Shown here piece after piece: positions 23,060 through 36,890 of a DNA stretch of 64,000 nucleotides. A program made the position numbers and the translations under genes. A model generated the notes under the pieces. It was not told where the DNA came from. It saw only the letters and a list, made by a program, of their open reading frames with translations, and searched no databases. Origin of the DNA: Bispira polyomma (taxonomy: Eukaryota); NCBI GenBank assembly GCA_965649765.1, contig OZ287752.1:21514001-21578000 (forward strand), in the 5' to 3' direction. The first letter of the stretch is position 1; every line of letters starts with the position of its first letter.

Positions 23060-26000
23060 TCTAATTTACCAACTTATATTACTGCACTCAGAGTTATTCA
23101 CATTTCAGACCCCTCTGAGAACATAGGGTTTATTAAGCATTCTGAAAAATTCTTCAAATTTATTGGACCTGACAGAGATTCGGTTCAGATAGACAACATT
23201 AAGGAAATGACAAAAGTAGCAAACATTATAAGAAGTACTAGAGTGCCCAATTATAAACAAGCACGCATTCCCATTAAATTATAATTGAATATAGATGCCT
23301 GAGAGGACATTATTGAAAACCACCCCAACAAAATAGTCACACAGTATTTAAAGTTTGGTTTCCACTTTCACTTAGTGATTCTGAACAATTAAATTCTCAA
23401 GACGTTACTAATCATCACTCTGCTTTGCAATTTTCTAAGGCTAATGATGAATATCTTAAGAAAGAAAAGAATAAGGGTGCCATGTTAGGCCCTGTAGACA
23501 ATATCTCAGATCCTCACTTTCACTGCTCACCGTTGCTTACCAGACCAAAAGACATTAATGTAATCTAATCTAATCTAGTCGTACTTTTTTAGCGCTTAAT
23601 CTTTGTACAACAAATTCTAAGACGCAACAAACCCAAAACGTTAATCGCAAATCAAAAATAGTGGGCGGATGGAAGTTGTAACCAGGGAGACTACTGTAGA
23701 TGGTTGCGACGACTAAGGTGGAAAAGCCTGTTCAAAAAGATAGGCCTTCAGCTTACTCCTGAAAGAGGAGAAAGTTTGAGCCAGGCTAACATGATCAGGT
23801 AGGCTGTTCCAAATGAGGGAGCCATCATGAGCTAGGCAGTGATTGAACTGAACTTTGGATTTGTGGATGCGAGGGTCAAAAGTGGGAATGTTAAGGTATA
23901 ATTTATCAGGGTTACTGCGTCTAGTCCTGACTGAGCATGTATATTTGGATAGATGGGGGCTAAAATAAGTGGGTAATCCAGAATTTAGAAATTTATATAT
24001 TATTGTTGCTGTTTTGAAAGCAATACGATATTTTGTTGGGAGCCAGTGCAGTGACTTGAGTACAGGAGTAATGTGGGAAAATTTAGATGTTTTGGTCAGA
24101 ATACGTGCCAACGAGTGTTGGATATTCTGAAGGCGTCTGAGATCACTACGAGATAAGGAACGGAACAGAGAGTTGCAGTAATCAAGCCTGCTGCTGACCA
24201 AAGCATTGGCAACAGTGATTGCAGTGGATTTTGAAAGATAGCGTCGAATCCGCCTGAAATCACGGAGGCCAACAAAACATGATCTACACACCGATGCGAC
24301 ATGGTTCGAAAAGGAAAATTCAGAGTCGAACACCACACCCAGGTTTCGTACTTTGTCAGCTGGAAAAAACCTGCTGCCAAGAATGTCAAGTGGAAAACAG
24401 CTGGACAATTTTTCCCGTTGCGACTTGGAGCCAAACAAAATAAACTCAGTTAATAAACATAGCGTCATTCTTAACCTTTCATATCCGCGAGGCAGTTCTG
24501 TCAACGACAATGTCAGTCGGGAATTATATGATGACACAAAATTCTCATTGAAATTTCCTAGTATTGATAATATAACAGAAAGTATATGGGATACTGAAAA
24601 TCCAGTTATGTTCAAGGCCGACGTGGCTAGGACATTTAGAAATTTAAGAGTTGATCTGGTGGACGCACTTAAGTTGGGCATTAAACATAATGAGCAGTAG
24701 TACATAGCGTTCGGCTGGGCCCACGGCAGTGCTATCTTTCAGCGATGTTCAGATATTATAGCAGACCAGATGAAAACACTGGGCTATAAGTTGCACTGTT
24801 ACATCGATGACTACGCTTGTGTATGTCCGGAATCTTTGGCAGAATGCGGGTTTGATCAGCTGTGTAAATTACTAAACTATGTAGGTCTCCCTATGAACCC
24901 TGACTAGATGTGTGCACCCTCTACTAGGATGACATATTTGGGTATAGACGTTGACATTTCTGAAGGGACAATCAGCATAACTAAGGTAAAAATTACTGAA
25001 ATTTTTGAAACTTGTGTGGAGGCTCGCACCAAATCTTGGATTTCTTGCACAAATTTCAATCTATATTAGGAAAATTACTTTACATACACAAATGTGTTAA
25101 ACCAGGTAGGTGCTTCATTAATCGTCTTCTCGCAGTGTTCAGGGCATCCCCTGGGGCTAAACGCTTTAAAATAACCAACAACATAAAAAACGATTTAGAT
25201 TGGTTTATTACTTTTCTATTTAAGTACAACAGGGTCACATACATAAATCCTCTCCCAATTAAGGCAAACAAAGACATGTACTTGGACACATGCCTTACAG
25301 GCTTGGGGGGAATTTTGAATGATCAAAGTTTACTGTACACCCGTCTACAACATATATCAATATGACCTACATATCACACAACTCGAGATGGTTAATATAG
25401 TGGTAGCTTGGGGAAAAGACTGGGCTCACCAGAGGGTGACAGTCCATTGTGATAACATGGCTGTGGTCTTCGTCGTCCAGACTGGCAAAACTACAGACCC
25501 ATATTTAGCAGCATGTATCAGAAACATCTGGTTACTCACATCTACATATGATATCACATTAGAAATGATACACATTAAGGGTAAAAAGAACATTTTGGCA
25601 GATGCTTTGTCTAGAATCTATTCGGACAAGCCTCCCAACGAAGACATGATGCAGTTACTGAATCAATTTGAAAGTATACCTGTGCCAATAACTCATTTTA
25701 ACCTAAATCTTAACATATAATTTCAGGTGCTACAGCATCATCTGATACACTAGAACTGGCAGCTATTGACAGAATACACACTGCACTGAGACCTTCAACT
25801 ACAGCAACTTACTTTAGCCAATTTAGGACTTTCCTTTCTTTCTTACACTATGTTCACATACAGGACATTCTGTCCACTCTTTACTAGCTTTCCTGGAGTA
25901 CCTGACACAAAATAGTATTTCACCAAAAGTGGTAAACAATTACTTAGCAGGCATAAAATTCATGTGTCTGAAGTACAACCTCAATCATACAGTACTACAA

Positions 26001-26854
26001 CACAACTCTGTCGCATTGTTCACACGTAGCCTCACACATACTTCCACTTTTAGGCCTGCTCCAAAAGAGGTATTTGACATTAAGCAACTCCTAAAAATTT
26101 CAGAAACATGTGAAATACTAAGTGATCCCATACTTTATAGGGCTATTGTTTGGTTGCATTTTATGGATTCTTACGCATGTCTAGCATTGCCCCCCATTCT
26201 AGAAAGAAATTTGATCCCTCAAGGCACTTGTTAAGACAAGACTTCATATTTGGACCTCCTGGAGTACACATAATTATAAAGTGGGCTAAGAACATGCAGG
26301 ATCGTTCTAAATCACATGTGGTTCAACTGCCAAACATAAAAAATACCTCTCCTGTGCCCAGTTAAGGCTTTATATAAGCTCCTTGAATCCAGCAAGACCT
26401 CAGATTTATCACCCATATTTGTAACTAGAACACCTACATATCATCCAATAGTGGACTCACACGTTAGGGCAGCTCTGAGGACAGTACTACAGCATGTAGG
26501 CATAAACCACACTCTACACGGATTCCACACCTTCAGAAGATCTGGAGCAACACTGGCCTTCAATAACAACATATCACTCCAAAATATTATGGCACATGGG
26601 TTATGTAGAAGCTCTGCTGTATGGACAAACCTACAAGCAACTTCCAAAGCTGCCTCAATAATTCCTTCCACTTTTGCAGAAATTATCCCTTCTTCATTTT
26701 GACTTTGGGTTTGGGCTGATTTAAAAGTTTTTACATATATTTTAAAAATTTTTGAATGTTTATCAAACTGTACATAGATACTAACGTGTACAGAGAATAA
26801 ATCTCCAAACCTGAATTCCTTCTTGTTAATTTATGTCTTTATCACTCATCCCAC
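23060..26854 (+). mobile_element. Ngaro-like YR retrotransposon (RT-RNase H-tyrosine recombinase), interrupted by a LINE
   Basis: SPLLTRPKD|KHSVILNLSYP, DVARTFRNL, YIDD (~24800), DTCLTGLGG, HCDNMAVV, ADALSR. YR motifs FYGFLRMS, HTFRRSGAT and AHGL.RSSAVW. No methyltransferase domain. Confidence 0.9.
23560..24449 (-). mobile_element. 5'-truncated L2/CR1-clade LINE inserted into the Ngaro-like RT
   Basis: TEFILFGS...VRNLGV.FD...SRLDYCNSL...LHWLP...KLKAYLF..AFPP* is open over the whole fragment. (TAGAT)n tail; ttaat duplicated at 23555-23559 and 24450-24454. Confidence 0.93.
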
Positions 26855-27102
26855 ATGACAGAATCAATGTAAAAGGGGTAGAGAAATCATCAATGGTAAT
26901 AAATAAATGTAGAGATGTAGCCAAACCGACAATCTTTTACAAAATTTTGAGGTATTATTTCCGTAATGATCTTCCCCCGGTGCACGCTAAATCATTTTGG
27001 TAAAAATAAATGGTAAAAATTCTTATAAGCATCATTATTTAATGCTGTGGTAAAGGGGAGGAGGTGGGGAAATGTACGTGTTATCTTGTTGGTCCCCTTT
27101 TC

Positions 27103-30100
27103 AGTGAGGGGCACAGCTGATGTAGCTTTCGAAATTTGATTTACATAGGACCAAACAGCAGAAGACCTCCAAAGGCCATGGGACATGATGTTATGTGAGG
27201 AGACATTGTTATTAAAGGCAAAAGTTGCCCCAGATCTTCTGAAAGTGTGAAATGTATGCTTCTTAAGTGGAATTCCTACATGTGTGAGAACTAAGGCTAG
27301 AGCTCAACGCACATGGGATTATACAATGGAATAGTGTGGTTCAGCAATGTTTACAAAAAGTGGAGAATCCTGATATAATGGCCTGGATTGTAATAACTGT
27401 TTGAGAGGCTTGACTGGGCATAAAGTCAAATTTTTCAAAGTGGGAATCTGTATGATGTAAAATTGGGATCTTGGCCCATTTCAATATCAAGTGTACACCA
27501 GGATGTCCAAATATAACATTTTTTCTAAGGAAATGACATGTTGGGTCAAATTTAGATCTAGAATGGGGTGCAATTCTGGAGATGTGAAGAAAACCAAAGA
27601 AAGTTATTAAAAATATGGCTCTAAATAGTTTTGGCTCCTCCAGTGTGTCACATGCTTTAGAAATAAGCAACAAGTGGTGTATTTGAAACATGCCCTTTGG
27701 TGAAGGTCTAAAAGTGAAAGTATGAGTCAAACTTCTACTAAAGAGTGAGACTGTGTCGTTTTGGAATATGTTAATATCCCAATACAACTTGTTGGCCATG
27801 TACTTTATGGATGCTATATAGTTGTTAACCATGTTAATAGAAGATCCCGTTTGCACTAGATACTCTAGAAAAGATATAAAGAAATGTGTTGTAATCTGGT
27901 GTATCCCAGCATAGCAGTTGAATGCAATAAAAGTTTTGAACTGGCTATTGTAGGTGGCTGTGGTCTTGGGAAGAAGGGTACCATTAATCAATGCTGAGGT
28001 TGTAAACCTCTTAGTGATTGTTTTTCACATGTAAATTAAATATTTAAATCTAAATGAAAGTAATGAAGTGGAATGCCCATCCATGATTCCCTTAAAATAT
28101 CAACCTGTCCCCTTTGAGGGGGGTCTGTCAGAAAAAAGTCTTGACAATAAATCAGCTACAATGTTTTTCTTTCCCTCAATATGTTGAATTTCTAACGTAA
28201 TGTTGTGAACTGCTGATAGCAACCAAATATTCCTTAAACAAAAGGCTAAAAATTTGTCTCTAGTCTTATTAGACCTGACCACTAGAACTACAGTCATATT
28301 GTCACAGTTTCAGACTATGTGCTTATGGCTCCACTGCTCACCCCAGGCCCTAAGGGCTAACAAAATGTTAAGCATCTTGATATGAACTATAGTTAGTTTC
28401 TCGACATAGATGTTACAAAAGGGGGTAGCGTATACCTGGTTTGCGTATATTGCTCACTTTTCTGCAAATTTCGTACATTTCCTTGAGTTTATCTGTTGTT
28501 ATACTGATAATGTCTTTTTCAATGTCAATGTCTATGCCTAGGCATGTGACTTACAAAGTAGGTTTAGAAATTTTGTCAGGTTCAATGGTAAGTCCAAACG
28601 AATACCTAATTCAGAAGCAGTTTCTGCTTGTTCAGAAGTTGAAATACCGACAAAATCATCAAGATTTTTCTGTCCTTCTTGTTTAACATATGGGCTATGA
28701 TGTCAGAGCAATGCTGAAAAGCCGCCGAGCCGTGTACCCAGCTAAACACGACCGCAGGTTCAATATACTTGTTGTTGTCAAAATGAATACCTAATTTCAT
28801 TGCATCGACTGGGTCTACCCTCAGGTTTCGAAACACACGAGCCACGTCGAGTTTAAATATTTTAGGATTGTGTGTGTTTCTAATCTGTTCTACTATATCA
28901 ATGGTGGGAAATTTCAGAATGATATCAACCCTGTCCAACCTTTGCCTGTCTACGATATTGTTAACCGAGCCATCTGCGGGGTGTGAAAGAATCAATATAA
29001 CTCGCCTCTTATCCTTATCTTTGGGTCTGGTGAGCAGTGGGGAGTAGTGAAATAATTTACTATCTATATCTTGGGCAGGACCTAACATTGCCCCACATAG
29101 TTGTTCCTTATGGATGTATTTCTAAATTAATACCTCATGTTGAAGTGCTGAGTGATGGTTAATGGTTTGCTTAACCTGGAGACTATCATGATTTTGTAAT
29201 GATAAAGGGAAGCCAAATTTAAGATATTGTAATAATAGTTCATCTGGATATTCTTGGAGAATCTCTTCCCGGGCCTAATATTTAGACCCGAAACTAGGGG
29301 AATCCTAGCCCCTCTGTAATTGAGACGTCCCATGTCCCTTATTGTTTGGGCTATTTCAGACATCTGTTGAATAGATGTAATATGTACTGTAGCCCTGTCG
29401 GGACAGATGAATTAAAATTTGGTTTCTGAAATGGTCAAGAAACCTTTGGTTTTAACTGGAAATTAGTGTCGCTGACTGGGTTGGTGGCCACCTCAGTATT
29501 GTGTGATTCAAATTTTTGAAATTTAACTGTTGTGACCTCTATTGGTCCGTCATTACTGACTGTAGACATTATATTCTCATTTACATCTAATAGCAACATA
29601 TCAATAATATGTGTTACATATTCTGTGTAATCTACCTGATATATCTCTTTACAACTGACATCCTTACAATGATTATACCATGCATTGTTGGCTGACTGCA
29701 TTAAAATACTGAATGACATACTTGTCACAACTGTCATTCACCAGTTGGAAGGGAAATAGTCGTCATGTAAACTTATCACTAATAGTGATCTCCCCTGCTG
29801 GTGGATATTCACATCTAAAGTATTGGTCTACAGAATCCACTTCCCCTTCTCACAGCATATAAAAACCTGATACCTCGGCTTCTTTACAGTGAATAAATAC
29901 TACAGATAAGCTCTTATTACCTTTTGGGACATAATAAGACCAATTGGGACCAGAAATACTAATTTCCAAATTGGACCCATGTGGGCCACCATAACAGGTG
30001 TTATTTGCACACGCTTCATGAAATTTGACGTCATTACAACTTTGGTTACTTTTTTACATTATAATCAATAACTTTACTAATATTCTTATAAGTATTCAAA

Positions 30101-32110
30101 GTTTCCAAATTGGACCCATATGGGCCACCATAACAGGTGTTATTTGCACACAGTTTGTATACTTTGACATCATTAAAACTTTGATCACTTTTGACATTAT
30201 AGACATTGACTTTACCAGTATTTCTATCAGTATTCAAAGTGAATCTATCAACTAAGTTAGCTTTATGTGGGAGTAACCCTGCAAAAAGATAATTTCCTTT
30301 CCCTTTCCTCATTTGGGTTTTATTATCACCCTCATATGGGCTGTCATTATATACTGAACTCGGTGTTTGTGGTGGTTCCTGATACTTCCTTCTCAACGAC
30401 TATATGCCCAGTAGACCTATTGTCTCCAGTAACCCTGTTACCTATAATGACTTTGTCGCTATACTGATAAAGTTAGGATTCTGTTCTATGGTCAGTAATA
30501 TCAATATCACACATATTAAACACTGCTTCAACTTGGTTTCTATTCTTTACATTTTCAACATAATTTATTTCACTTTTACATATTGCCTTACTGTTATTAT
30601 CACCTGTCTCTAGTCCTAGTAGGTGGTAGGTTTCGTAGTGATTACAAACTTGCGCCGAATCCATCTGCTTGGCTTAATTCGATTTATAACATTTGAATTC
30701 TGGATGTAAACATCTTTGTGCAATACCGTCGCACAATGCCAACAAATCGCCGCACGTTGACTGGGGGTATAACTGCTACCTTTGGAATTAACTAACACTA
30801 TTTGAAATGCGCTAAGGCCCCCTCTTCTACTTCCATCATGTTGGTAGCCCATGAAGTGGGTACGACCTCCCAGGGCAACAAGGACGCGTCCCAAAGTGAT
30901 AGCACTACTTGTTGAATCATATCCCTAGAGACCGTGGGGTCTGTCACCTGAAACGTGTTGGACAACTGTCAAGCAGCCCACTGGGGTAGTGACAATTTGT
31001 CAAGAAGAGGCCGTTTGCGTGCTAATCCACCCGTCCACCCCTCATTTGCCCATCTAAGGTTTGGCTTACTTGTCGGAATGTCAGTAGTATTGAAACATCC
31101 AGACTTTTGTCGAAGTGCTGCCTTACCTTGGCTAAATACTGCTTGTGCTTGCAAGTTATATTCGGCAAGCCGTTCCTTCACCATAGCTTGTACATCTGGC
31201 AGGGATTTGAGGACGTCCGTTCTGGGTACTATGCCGTCTGTAACATAACCAGCTCTGTTATGACGACCAAGTATAGGTAAAGCGTGAGGCGCAGTGAAGC
31301 TTGCTGTAGAATGGGCCCGAGAGGTTACACAGTTGGTGGCCGAGGCAGGAGCAGTCCTGCTTTGGTGGTCAAACGTTGATTCCCGAACTGGAGCTGTAGC
31401 AACACTCCCTAGAAGAGCCTGGGATATTACACACTCAGGGACTGGGGTTAAAGATGCAGAAGGAGTGCTGTTGTCCCTAGCTTCGACACGGAACAGTCGC
31501 TGGCCTAGAGCCGCGTTTGATGCCTCAATCCGTTTAAGTATGGCTAACATCTAAGAGTCTTGGATACTTGACTCGGAAGGGTAAATTAACTGACGTTGGG
31601 TTGTATCTGGCGAAGCATACTGTGAAGCTGCCCTGTCGAATCACTAAGATCTGTTACAATACTGTCCGTTACTGACATACTCATACCAACCCTCTCGACT
31701 GTACTCTTTCATGTGGTCAATTTCTTTACTTTGCCGTCAGTTGCTGGGGTCTTGGTAGTTTTAGTTCTCCCCATTATATCACAGTTTAAAACACGTAAAA
31801 TATATATAATATGATGTAAAAACAAACATATAAAAAACTAAAATACTAAAACTGGAGGAACCCAACAACGCCTTCATAAGCTTGGCAAAATGTATGTGTT
31901 TTCATGTTGGTCTCCTTCTCAAAATGAAAGAACATGTCCTATGATAAGGTTAAACTTTCTGGAGGAAGTGGCTGTGATTGACCAAGGTACCCAAATACTA
32001 CTGAGACCCCCATTAGCTAGGGGTTAAGGTGGGATACAACATTTTTGGGTGTTAAACTAAATCAGCAGACCCCCGTTGGGTCTTGCTATGCATTAACCAA
32101 CCCAACACAA
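27103..32110 (-). mobile_element. Ngaro-like YR retrotransposon, left-arm copy (gag, RT with deletion, RNase H, 3'-truncated YR)
   Basis: gag 30969-31550; RT SPLLTRPKD..RRVIL, DVARVFRNL; RNase H ADLLSR; YR FFGFLHIS, HTFRRSGAT. Confidence 0.88.
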
Positions 32111-35100
32111 GGCAAAAAGTAAAAGTTTATTTATATTATTTTCCTTTTACAAACCAAACTCTATCAGTAATTTCTACTACAAGTGCCTTATATGTAGGCA
32201 TCATTTGAAAGTATTTGTTAGTAAACATAATGAAATTATGAAAGAGACTGAAAGATCATAACTAAACTAGGAAAATTAACAATAAAGTTACAAATATGTT
32301 TCTCCCCCTATACTTGGCTGAAAATTGATCTATTGATACAAAGGTGATATAGTAACACACGCAAGGGCCTAGAGAGGACTCATTCTTTTACTTAAATTTG
32401 TACTTGGTAAAAAAATGAGTGCATATTGTCTATTTTCGGTCTAATTTTTGAGGACATTGTAAGTCTGCTTATAGTTTAGTTGGGGGTTCCACTTTGCTTT
32501 CAACAGATCTTTTGTCATAGTAAGTGCAGATCTGCAGATCACGTGTCATAGTAAGTGCAGCCTACTGGTGTTGGAAATCAGAGTAGAGTAGTTGGTCAAT
32601 GTTTTTGCGTCTGCAAACAAGGAAACTGCCAACTTTCCCACATACAATACAGGGCTCATATTGGAACCCACGACTAGATAGGTGGGAGGTGAATGTGTTA
32701 CAACTACACCACCTGTTAACTCTGTTTGTAGTAATATTCTTTATTATAATAATATTACAATTATAACGTTTGCAAGCTGACAACTTAAATTTTTGAAATT
32801 TGTAAATGCAGATCACATGCAACATTTAGGTTAATTAAAATAGTTTATAAATTTGTTTTCCCTCAAGTTTGATGCAGTATTGAAGTCAGTTTATCGTGGA
32901 TAGAACTAAATGTGCTATATTTTGAATAGCATAGTTTCACTAATATTTAGCGTGCATTTGACAAGGAAGGATAATACAGTAATTCCAAATGCTCATACAA
33001 TCTTAGGGATTTTCCCCAGTCAATCAATGTACTGAATCTTAAATATTATTGGTGTAAATATTCTACCTTTAAAAAGCTATATTTAGTTCATATTGAGCTG
33101 GGTAAACTGAATGGGAGCATGCCTTTGTAAACATTCATTCTCCTTAAAATTAAGACACTCCTGTAACGTCTATTTCAGTGGGTTTTTTTTACTAACTAAA
33201 GAATGTTATGATGACTCATCCTTATTTGCAACCAATATGTTGAAATATTAGTGGCTTTAATGACACTTTAATTCCTATTTCAGACATATTATGTTGGATT
33301 AAGTGTACATACAGTTACCACATTGCTAGGTTAAATACTATATTTTTTAAGTCTTTTTATATTATATATGACCTTAAATTGCATTGCAATACCTGAGATA
33401 AAATATTATACAAAGCGGTTGAATGCTCTCATGTCATGTAAACTTATACACATGTTATCCAATTTAGACACTAGATGTCAGTACTTTATTACAAAGTAAA
33501 ATGGATTTGTGTTAAAGTGAAGTCTTGTGATTATATTGACTGACCTAGTTAAGTTAGGTGGGGATTTCTTCTATTGATATTAATACAGTTGCTATGAGGC
33601 ACTTATTTTGAATAGTGTAAATCAGGCATAAGGCCATTCATGACATATTTACAGTGAAAAGACAGTATATTTTTCTTAATTTTCAAAAATTTATTTACAT
33701 ATGTGAAATCATCAAAATTTATATGTTTACAATTGAGCTATTAGTGAGTCATATTAAAACCCAAAAAGGACATAATTACTGTTGTTTGAGAATGCTTGAA
33801 GGTCTACTTTTATTTATGAAATGGCACATAACAACGAAAACTGATATTAAAAAAGGCAAATACAACTTGTAGTAAGTTACTTATGACATATATGTTACAT
33901 ATTTGACAAAGGTGGGTGTATTGATAGATTAAAAGTTATCGTCATCTTACACTGGTCAAAGTGATAAAAATGTAGTGAAATAATATTGACAGGGCAAACC
34001 CATTCAACTTTCTGGGTCCTTGGCAAATATGTTCAGCTAATATATATGAAGTATAGTATTCAAATGGCATTAAGGCCTTACTTTCCTCCTCTTGGTGTGT
34101 GGTATATTTTTAATTCTTTATTTTATTAATGCATTCGAAACATGAATAGAACCACTTGACACTAGGGTCATGTTGTATATAGATTTTGCCGTTTTTCAAA
34201 CTTCCTTGTTGGAATATTACTTACATGAAGTAATACACCTAAGTTAATAAAACGTGTGATGGAATTGTTAACATTTAAAAATATATTATATCCCATTGAT
34301 AATTTAGTTTAGTTTTTTAATTTGTTCAGTGTTGCCTTGTGTACTACCATTATTTTTTCGTGGAGTATGATGGCCATTTTCAAATAAATATACTGACGAA
34401 ATGTGCCTTAAGAGCATGCAGAAAAAAAAATTGAAAAGTAGACCAAAAAGCAATTATCCTACTGTGATCAAAATTAATACAGCATAAGTCACTTCTTGTA
34501 TGTTATTGTAACTTATACAGTATTACAAAATACCCGAAACAGTGGGATTAGAGACAATGTTTATTCTCCATAATTTTAAGGGGGTTTATGAATATAGGGT
34601 TAATCCTCCTATTTTCGGCTTACCTCATATTTTCGGCCCATATCACGTTTTTGGTCTTAAATAGAGGTTAAATTATTGTCTGTAAATGAACAGATGCCTT
34701 TCCAAATGTTGGATTTATTCAAGTGAACCAGTATCAGTTAATTTTGAAACTTAACTATAAAAAAAGCCTGAAAAGCAATTAAAACCTTAAGTGTTAATTA
34801 TTGGCTAAATAGGTCAATAAAATAGTGAACCTTCATATAACATTCGAATGTAAACTTGTTAACACTTAGTGGCTGACACAACTTGGCCATATTGATTTAG
34901 CACTGAGTGAGACTTTTTAATACATGTTGCAGTATTGATTAATAATTAGTCATTAGAGGTGATACTCAATTCTTAATCCATGTTGAGGAAAATTATAATA
35001 TGTTTAATCAATAATCAACAAAAACCATTCAAAATGTAGCTGGGGGTTGGTCAGGTCAGTTTAATGAACTGTTGACATCAAGTGCAAAAACATTTAATGT

Positions 35101-36139
35101 CTAGGCTTAAATGTGTCATTTAAATAAAGGCCAGTTTTCTACCCCCAATAAAAGACACTTTTTTCAAGTATATAATATGCCGTTTTACATGATTATTCAC
35201 ACATACAAATTTCAGGTTGTCATATTGCATTTATAAGCCAATTTTTGTTGAATTTGTATTCTAAATTGAAGATTCTAAAACCCTCACAAATTGTAGCTGT
35301 TATTTCTCTACAGACAACTATATCCAGAAGTAAAGTTGAAAGCAAAATTAACAAGCAAACCATATTAGACAAATATCGTGAAATATTTATTAAATGGTCC
35401 CAAGACTTGAAGGCCACTAGTGAAGAAGCTACTAATGATTGTGTTACCATGGTCCGCAGAAGCATGTTACCATAAAAATGTATGACCTATTTCTTCAATG
35501 GAAGATCTTACTACTTGTTAAGTTTGATTTCCATATCAGTCATGAAAAACTTAATTATAGCTAACACAAGGGATACATATCTGTGCAGCTGAGTGTCACA
35601 GAATAAAATGAGATTTTAGTTCCTGATGATAAGCCTACTATCATTATAAATCAAAAACATCTTGTACAAAACATAGAATCGTTATTCGGTTCTCTATTAT
35701 ATGTCTATATATATTTTTTTCAAGACTTAAACTGCTTCAGAAAATTATTCCTAAAGTTTAATGGCAAAGTCTTTTGGATCATAGACGTTTGTCAGTCAAA
35801 ATTTACTTGTCTGCAGGGTTTTGATGTTAGATAGGACCACCAAATTTAATCCATAATGGTAAGTTTAGACTTAGTAGTGATAAACATACTCAAAAATTTT
35901 ATGCGTATCGAGTTTGGTCTGGCATTGAAAAAAGTGATAACATATTATGATAACAAGGCAGTGTTCTCAGTTCTAAACTCAGATAAGACAAGATATCTTA
36001 CATCATGTTACAATAAATTTAATCATGCACAGGGCAGACATAAAGAAAATCAGATTGGTGACTCGTTATCATGATGGGCAGTTACTCTCGAAAACCTGTT
36101 ACATAACTCAATCTGGGTATCTAGGGGCCAGGATTGCCT

Positions 36140-36890
36140 ACAAGTAAAAAGCATCAGCCACACAATTATTGGTCATAATTACCAACGTGGTTTGAATCCT
36201 GTTTGTTCTTTCATTTGGGAAAGTTTGTTAGGTACTTGCCATAGACCGGTGATTTACAGCACTGGTTTGCTCCACCATTAAATATAATAAGACTTAACGT
36301 TGTTCGCTACCATTTTTTTTACCCCACAGATTTTCAAAAAAAAAAACTTTATAAAAAGCTTTATTAAAATGTTGAACAAAAATATCAAAAAAACTATGTC
36401 ACACTAGGCTCTTTCAAAAGCCACAGAGCTTTGAATGTGGTATGTATTTTCATTTATTTGCATATTGTTTTCAATGGAAAAGCCTGTTTTGGGAAGAAAA
36501 AATTCCATTAAAAGGTACTTTAAAAAAATTTCACCCTACAGAATTTTACTTTTTTCTTCCAAGTTGTGGTAAATTATGAACTCTAACTAAATATGAGCAA
36601 AAAAACAGGGGTTACAGCGATAAATCTTTAAAAATCTCAGTTTGTTTAGAATGTTTAGGGCCCAAAGCCTTGTGTTTCTATTGAAATAATAGGAAACATC
36701 TCGAATATTTCTGGAGAAAAACATAATATTTATAGTAGAGTGGCTCATAAAAAGGCAAAATGACACCTCATTCCTAATAGACAATTTAATAAAGTACATT
36801 TTCTGCAATTTTCATGAAAAAATATTGAAATTTATTTTTTTGGGAAAAAATGGTAGCTAACAACCTTAAGCTGTTAAAGGCGACGTAATG
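36140..36890 (+). mobile_element. Degenerate tRNA-derived Meta/MESC-core SINE interrupted by a MITE (mirror copy ~47117-47867)
   Basis: B-box-like ggtttgaatcct, then gaaagtttgttaggtacttgcc..accggtg..t...ggtttgctccacca, resuming after the MITE with gctgttaaaggcgacgtaa. Confidence 0.6.
36298..36865. mobile_element. Non-autonomous DNA transposon with TTAA TSD and ~20-bp TIRs (Kolobok-like)
   Basis: ttaa|cgttgttcgctaccattttttt ... aaaaaatggtagctaacaacc|ttaa. Confidence 0.85.

Noticed and set aside
23713-24705. 330-aa ORF (and overlapping 24353-24700) as a novel gene or bidirectional RT fusion
   Set aside because: It is a chance chimera: the LINE 3' fragment is in frame with the antisense strand of the Ngaro RT it inserted into (junction at 24450).
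34596-34645. DNA transposon terminus (gggttaatcctcctattttcggc...)
   Set aside because: It looks like a TIR start, but there is no local partner end other than the palindrome mirror, so the element cannot be delimited.
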